A stretch of DNA of 64,000 bases from NCBI GenBank assembly GCA_902479095.1, contig CABSNL010000001.1:73-64072 (forward strand). Reading direction: 5' to 3'. The translations under genes were made by a program, and so were the position numbers. The notes beneath the pieces are model-generated. The model saw only the letters and a program-made list of their open reading frames with translations. It did no database searches and was not told where the DNA came from. This DNA comes from an uncultured Collinsella sp. GTDB lineage: Bacteria; Actinomycetota; Coriobacteriia; Coriobacteriales; Coriobacteriaceae. Below, in pieces: positions 59,374 through 64,000 of this stretch (its first letter is position 1; the number at the start of each line of letters is the position of its first letter).

Positions 59374-61827
59374 CTAGCCGCGGACCTCGCCGTTTACGCC
59401 CTTGCACACCTTGGTGACGATCTTCTGGTGCGCCTTTTCGACCTCTTCGCTGGTGAGCGTGTGGTCGTCGGAGCGATACGTAAGCGCAAAGGCCATGGAC
59501 TTCTTGCCCGCTCCGATGCGGATGGGATCGCGGTAGACGTCGAACAGACGCACGCCCTCGAGCAGCTTGCCGCCGGCACTCGTAATACGGCGCTCAAGGT
59601 CCTCGCAGGTCACAGTGTTGTCGACCACGATAGCAAGGTCGTGCTCAACAGCCGGGTACTGCGAGAACTCGCGGTAGTTCTCCTGGTTGCGGGCGCCCTT
59701 GATCAGCTTGTCTAGGTCGAGCTCAAAGGCAACGACGACCTCGTCGATGCCCATCGCCTCGCGCGCCTCGGGGTGGATCTCGCCAACCCAGCCCAGCACG
59801 GTACCGCCCGAGAGCACCTCGGCAGCACGACCCGGCTGCAGGAAGGCATAGCTCTCGCCCTCGACGGGACGGAAGCGAACCTTCTCGATGCGCAGCTGGG
59901 CAAGCAGCTCCTCAACGATGCCCTTGCCAAAGAAGAAACGCAGCTTGCGGTACTTCATGTTCCAAGACCGCTCGCTCCACTGGCCCGAGAGCACGCCCGC
60001 CACGGACTTGGTCTCCTTGGGCAGGCTGGCGTTCTCGCGACCGTGGAACAGACTGCCGACCTCGTACAGATGCACGTTGGGCGTGCCATGGGCCTCGTTG
60101 TAGGCCACAGACTGCAGCAGACCCGGCAGCAGCGAGCGGCGCATCTCGGTCTGCTCGGCCACCAGCGGGTTCATGAGAACCACGGGGCAGCCGCGGCCCT
60201 CGGTGGACATGCCAATCTTCTCCAGGTCGCCCGGGGCAGCAAAGCCAAAGGTCGTGGTCTCGTTGAGGCCACAGGCGCGCAGGATCTCGCCGACCTTGCG
60301 GGTAAGCTTCTGCTCGCGCGTCAGACCGCCGATGTGGTTCTTGGCAGCCGGAATGGTCGCCGTCACACGGCCCATGCCCCATAGGCGCAGGACCTCCTCG
60401 ATCAGGTCGATCTCACGCGGCAGGTCGGGACGGAAGCTCGGCGGCGTGACCATAAAGTCCTCGCCGTCGCGCTCGACGGTGCAGCCCAGGCGGGTGAGCG
60501 AGCGCTCGATAAAGTCGGGCTCGATGTCGGCACCGCAGATGGCGTGCACGCGGGCCAGGCGCAGCTTGATGCTGTCGATGGTCTTGGGCGCGGGGAACAC
60601 GTCCACATAGCCGGGGGCGACCTCGCCGCCGGCGATCTCCTCGATGAGCGCGCACGTCACATTGGCGACGTCCACGCAGCCGCTCTCGTCGACCTGGCGC
60701 TCAAAGCGAATGGAGGCGTCGGAGATCAGCGACAGATCGCGGCTGGTGTGCGAGGTGCGACCGGCGTTGAAGCAGGCGCTCTCGACCATCACATCGACGG
60801 TATCGTCCTCGATCTCGGAATCCATACCGCCCATGACACCGGCCAGCGCCACGGGACGCTCGCCGTCGGTGATGAGGCCCATGCCGGCGTCGAGCACGCG
60901 CTCCTCGCCGTCGAGAGTCGTGAACTTCTCGTCCTGCTGGGCGGCGCGAACCACCACGCGACGCCTGCCCTCGCGCTCGGCAAAGGTGTCCAGGTCAAAG
61001 GCGTGCAGCGGCTGACCGGTGAGCATCATCACGTAGTTGGTGATGTCGACGATGTTGTTGTGCGGGCGCACGCCCAGGGCGTTAAGGCGCTTGACCATCC
61101 AGTCGGGCGACGGGCCGACCTTCACGTTGCGCACGATGCGGGCAACGTAGCGGTCGCACAGGCCCTCGTCGGCAATCTCGACCGAAAGCTCGTCGTCGGT
61201 CGCGCGGCCGGTCTCGACCTTGATGGCGGGCAGCTCAACGTGGAAATCGCGGTCGAAGATGGCACCGGTTTCGCGGGCCATGCCGATCATGGACAGGCAG
61301 TCGGGGCGGTTGGGCGTGATCTCGCAGTCGAGCACGGTGTCGCTCGAGCCCACGTACTCGGCAAACGGCATGCCGCAGGGCGTATCCTCGGGCAGGATCA
61401 TGATGCCGGAGTGGTCGCCACCCAGGCCGAGCTCGCGCGCGGAGCAGTTCATGCCCATGGACACGACGCCGCGAAGCTTGCTCTTCTTGATCTTGACGTC
61501 GCCGGGAAGCACGGCGCCAATCATGGCCGTGACGATGTGGTCGCCGGCCTCGAAGTTCTGCGCGCCGCAGACGATCTGCAGCGGAGCGGGATTGCCGTCG
61601 GCGTCGAGATTCTTGTCGCCCACATCGACCGAGCACACATACATGTGGTCGCTATCGGGGTGCGGGATCTTGGTGAGCACCTTGGCGGTCACCACGTGGT
61701 CGAAGGACTCGCCCACGGTGTCGATCGCCTCGACCTCGGTGCCGGTACGGATGTATTCGTCCGAAAGGGTCTTGGGATCCTCCGGAATATCGATCATGGT
61801 CTTGAGCCAGTCGTAAGAAACGCGCAT
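59374..61827 (-). CDS. pheT: phenylalanine--tRNA ligase beta subunit
   Basis: IVCGA, ITPNRPDCLS, GQPLHAFD, RFER and FDVY FDX-ACB motifs. Confidence 0.97.
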   Translation of the reverse strand: MRVSYDWLKTMIDIPEDPKTLSDEYIRTGTEVEAIDTVGESFDHVVTAKVLTKIPHPDSDHMYVCSVDVGDKNLDADGNPAPLQIVCGAQNFEAGDHIVTAMIGAVLPGDVKIKKSKLRGVVSMGMNCSARELGLGGDHSGIMILPEDTPCGMPFAEYVGSSDTVLDCEITPNRPDCLSMIGMARETGAIFDRDFHVELPAIKVETGRATDDELSVEIADEGLCDRYVARIVRNVKVGPSPDWMVKRLNALGVRPHNNIVDITNYVMMLTGQPLHAFDLDTFAEREGRRRVVVRAAQQDEKFTTLDGEERVLDAGMGLITDGERPVALAGVMGGMDSEIEDDTVDVMVESACFNAGRTSHTSRDLSLISDASIRFERQVDESGCVDVANVTCALIEEIAGGEVAPGYVDVFPAPKTIDSIKLRLARVHAICGADIEPDFIERSLTRLGCTVERDGEDFMVTPPSFRPDLPREIDLIEEVLRLWGMGRVTATIPAAKNHIGGLTREQKLTRKVGEILRACGLNETTTFGFAAPGDLEKIGMSTEGRGCPVVLMNPLVAEQTEMRRSLLPGLLQSVAYNEAHGTPNVHLYEVGSLFHGRENASLPKETKSVAGVLSGQWSERSWNMKYRKLRFFFGKGIVEELLAQLRIEKVRFRPVEGESYAFLQPGRAAEVLSGGTVLGWVGEIHPEAREAMGIDEVVVAFELDLDKLIKGARNQENYREFSQYPAVEHDLAIVVDNTVTCEDLERRITSAGGKLLEGVRLFDVYRDPIRIGAGKKSMAFALTYRSDDHTLTSEEVEKAHQKIVTKVCKGVNGEVRG

Positions 61828-61890
61828 CTAACTGGTCTCCTTTCATAAATGCGGCTTTGAGCCGGAAACTGCAACTAAGAAGAAAGCGTT

Positions 61891-62967
61891 CTAGAACTGG
61901 TTCAAGAACCTCATGTCACCAGTCATCAACGTGCGCAGGTCGGGCAGGTCGTAGCGCAGTGCCGCGACGCGCTCGGCGCCAATACCAAAGGCGAAGCCGG
62001 TGTACTTCTCGGGGTCGATGCCGCAGTTGATCAGGACGTTGGGGTCGACCATGCCGCAGCCCAAGATCTCGATCCAGCCGCTGTGCTTGCAGAAGTTGCA
62101 GCCCTTGCCGCCGCACACGTGGCAGCTCACGTCCACCTCGCAGGAAGGCTCGGTGAAGGGGAAGAAGTGCGGACGATAGCGCGTCTTGCGGTCCTCGCCA
62201 AACATGCACTTAACAAAGTAGTCGAGCGTGCCCTTAAGATCGCCAAAGGTGATACCCTCGTCGACGACCAGGCCCTCGATCTGGTTGAACTGCGGCAGGT
62301 GGCAGGCGTCGGCCGTGTCGGGACGGTAGACGGTGCCCGGGCAGATCATGTAGATGGGCGGCTTCTGCGACTCCATGGTGTGGATCTGCACGCCCGAGGT
62401 CTGGGTGCGCAGCAGCACGTCGGACTCGCCGTGAGCGTGAGCCTCGGGATGCGCGACGCTGCCGGGGTTGTTGTCGACCACATAGAACGTGTCGCGAGCC
62501 GAGCGGCTCGGGTGATCCATGGGCGCGTTGAGCGCGGTGAAGTTGTAGTAGGAGGTATCGACCATAGGGCCGGACTCGACGGTGTAGCCGATGCCGCAGA
62601 AGATGTCCTCAGCCTCCTCGATGATCTGCTTGATCAGGTGCTGGTGACCGATCTGCGGACGGATGCCCGGCAGCGTGATGTCGACGGCCTCGTGCTCGAG
62701 TGCGTGCTTGAGGGCGGCGGCCTTCATCTCGGTGGTGCGCTCGTCGAGCATGCCCTCGATCAGTTGGCGCATCTCGTTGGCGCGTTTGCCCATCATGGGA
62801 CGATCCTCGGGAGCGAGCTTGCCCATCATGCGCATCAGGCCGGTGATACGGCCCTTGCGGCCGAGCAGCTCAACGCGCGCGGCCTCGAGCTTGGCGGCGT
62901 CGTCAGCGCTAGTGACGAGCTCCTTGGCCTCTTCCTCGAGTTTGACCAGATCATCAATCAGACTCAT
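61891..62967 (-). CDS. pheS: phenylalanine--tRNA ligase alpha subunit
   Basis: HPSRSARDTFY, LRTQTS, FPFTEPS, EILGCGMV and GFAFG motifs. Confidence 0.97.
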   Translation of the reverse strand: MSLIDDLVKLEEEAKELVTSADDAAKLEAARVELLGRKGRITGLMRMMGKLAPEDRPMMGKRANEMRQLIEGMLDERTTEMKAAALKHALEHEAVDITLPGIRPQIGHQHLIKQIIEEAEDIFCGIGYTVESGPMVDTSYYNFTALNAPMDHPSRSARDTFYVVDNNPGSVAHPEAHAHGESDVLLRTQTSGVQIHTMESQKPPIYMICPGTVYRPDTADACHLPQFNQIEGLVVDEGITFGDLKGTLDYFVKCMFGEDRKTRYRPHFFPFTEPSCEVDVSCHVCGGKGCNFCKHSGWIEILGCGMVDPNVLINCGIDPEKYTGFAFGIGAERVAALRYDLPDLRTLMTGDMRFLNQF

Positions 62968-63052
62968 GTCTTCCCTTTCGTCTCTCGCACATCCGCGCTC
63001 CGGGACGGCTGACGCCGCCCGATGTTGCGGATACGCGGCCCGGTTCGGTAAC

Positions 63053-63340
63053 AAAAAAAAACCACCCTCGGGCATGTACATTGCCCAAGGACGGTTGAAT
63101 TCCGCGGTACCACCTTGTTTGACCCGGCGGATGTCTGGCCCGCCGCGCCCACTCTGTGCCTCTTGTCGCGAGGCTCACGGCTTCCCTACTGGGACTTTGC
63201 TGCCACTGGCCGCGTGCCCGTTGAGGTCGCTGCTCGGGAGTGAACGCTTGGCCCTTGCCACCGCAGGAAGGCTTGCAGCCCACGACCTTCCCTCTCTTGC
63301 CGGCGACGCGGCGGGCAAAACCCTCTCCGTCAACGCATTG
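63053..63340 (-). ncRNA. T-box riboswitch (Phe specifier) upstream of pheST
   Basis: Stem I with AGAGA and GCTG motifs and a TTC specifier; T-box AAGGTGGTACCGCG; terminator hairpin followed by a long T run. Confidence 0.9.
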
Positions 63341-63473
63341 GGCTATAGGATAACACATTTCGCGAGCGCATCGCCGCGTTCCGTTTTGTTCGCGCTGGGT
63401 ACAAGGCAGGTAGCTGTGCAAACTGGCCGCGCACCCGCTTGCGGCGCTCGGCCTGTGAGATTAAGGATACGGT

Positions 63474-64000
63474 ATGGGAAAGAAACTCGATAAGAAGGCC
63501 AAGGCCGCCGTGGCAAAGGCCGCCAAGGGCGTCAAGGCCGCTAAAGTCGACAAGGCCGTCAAAAAGTTCCGCAAACTCGAGGGCAAGCTGTGGACTCGCG
63601 AGTATCTGCTCAAGATTGCCGAGTTCGATGGAGCGACGATTGCTCCTGCCAACGGCGCTGCCGCCCGTGCCGACGCCATGGGCACGCTTGCTGGCGAGCA
63701 TCACAAGCTGCTGACCAGCGAGAAGTCCGTTGAGCTCGTGCACTCTCTCGCGCGTGAGACGGTCGCGGGCGAAAAGATCGACGACCCGCAGCTGCTCGAC
63801 GAGATCCGCGTGCTCGGCCGCGACCAGCGCGAGGCAAGCGCCATCCCCACCGAGGAGGCCGAGGCCTGGACCAGGCTCACCTGCGAGGCAGACGCCGTGT
63901 GGCACAAGGCCAAGACGGCCAATGACTGGGCGAGCTTTGAGCCCTATGTGGATAGAATCGTCGCCCAGCTTAAGCATCAAGCCGAGCTCATGGACCCCAA
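63474..64000 (+). CDS. carboxypeptidase M32, N-terminal part (runs off window end)
   Basis: Manual translation ...FDGATIAPANGAAARADAMGTLAGEHH...VWHKAKTANDWASFEPYVDRIV matches the M32 N-terminal pattern. Confidence 0.75.
   Translation, partial: MGKKLDKKAKAAVAKAAKGVKAAKVDKAVKKFRKLEGKLWTREYLLKIAEFDGATIAPANGAAARADAMGTLAGEHHKLLTSEKSVELVHSLARETVAGEKIDDPQLLDEIRVLGRDQREASAIPTEEAEAWTRLTCEADAVWHKAKTANDWASFEPYVDRIVAQLKHQAELMDP

Overview
This is a GC-rich chromosomal window from a Coriobacteriia-type actinobacterium (Collinsella-like; inferred from gene content and codon style), with most genes on the minus strand. Housekeeping genes are hisS, serS, metG, pheST with a Phe T-box, htpG, proC, rlmH, tatD, rsmA, rsmI, rsgA and pyk, plus six tRNA genes (Ser-GCT, three Arg-ACG, Leu-CAG, Phe-GAA). 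Accessory content includes two YhgE/Pip proteins, an isolated CpsC/CpsD/CpsB tyrosine-kinase module, pstB-phoB-phoR without pstSCA, and a VanRS-like pair beside a D,D-carboxypeptidase. It also holds a Tad/Flp pilus operon followed by a toxin-antitoxin pair, a P-type ATPase, a DUF559-like nuclease and a NikMN-QO-type ECF transporter. No integrase, transposase, prophage or CRISPR array was seen. The most striking unexplained signal is a ~190-bp non-coding unit directly downstream of three different tRNA genes (Ser, Arg, Leu). Each unit duplicates the host tRNA 3' end and terminator, carries a shared ~100-nt multi-hairpin core with compensatory changes, and includes an inverted copy of the host tRNA's own T-arm. 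Other candidates are a two-state RNA switch ahead of the P-type ATPase, a GH5 lacking its acid/base Glu, a LexA-box-preceded unknown gene, a NikR-like operator and several REP/MITE-like palindrome clusters. All protein calls come from motif recognition by eye; no database searches were run.
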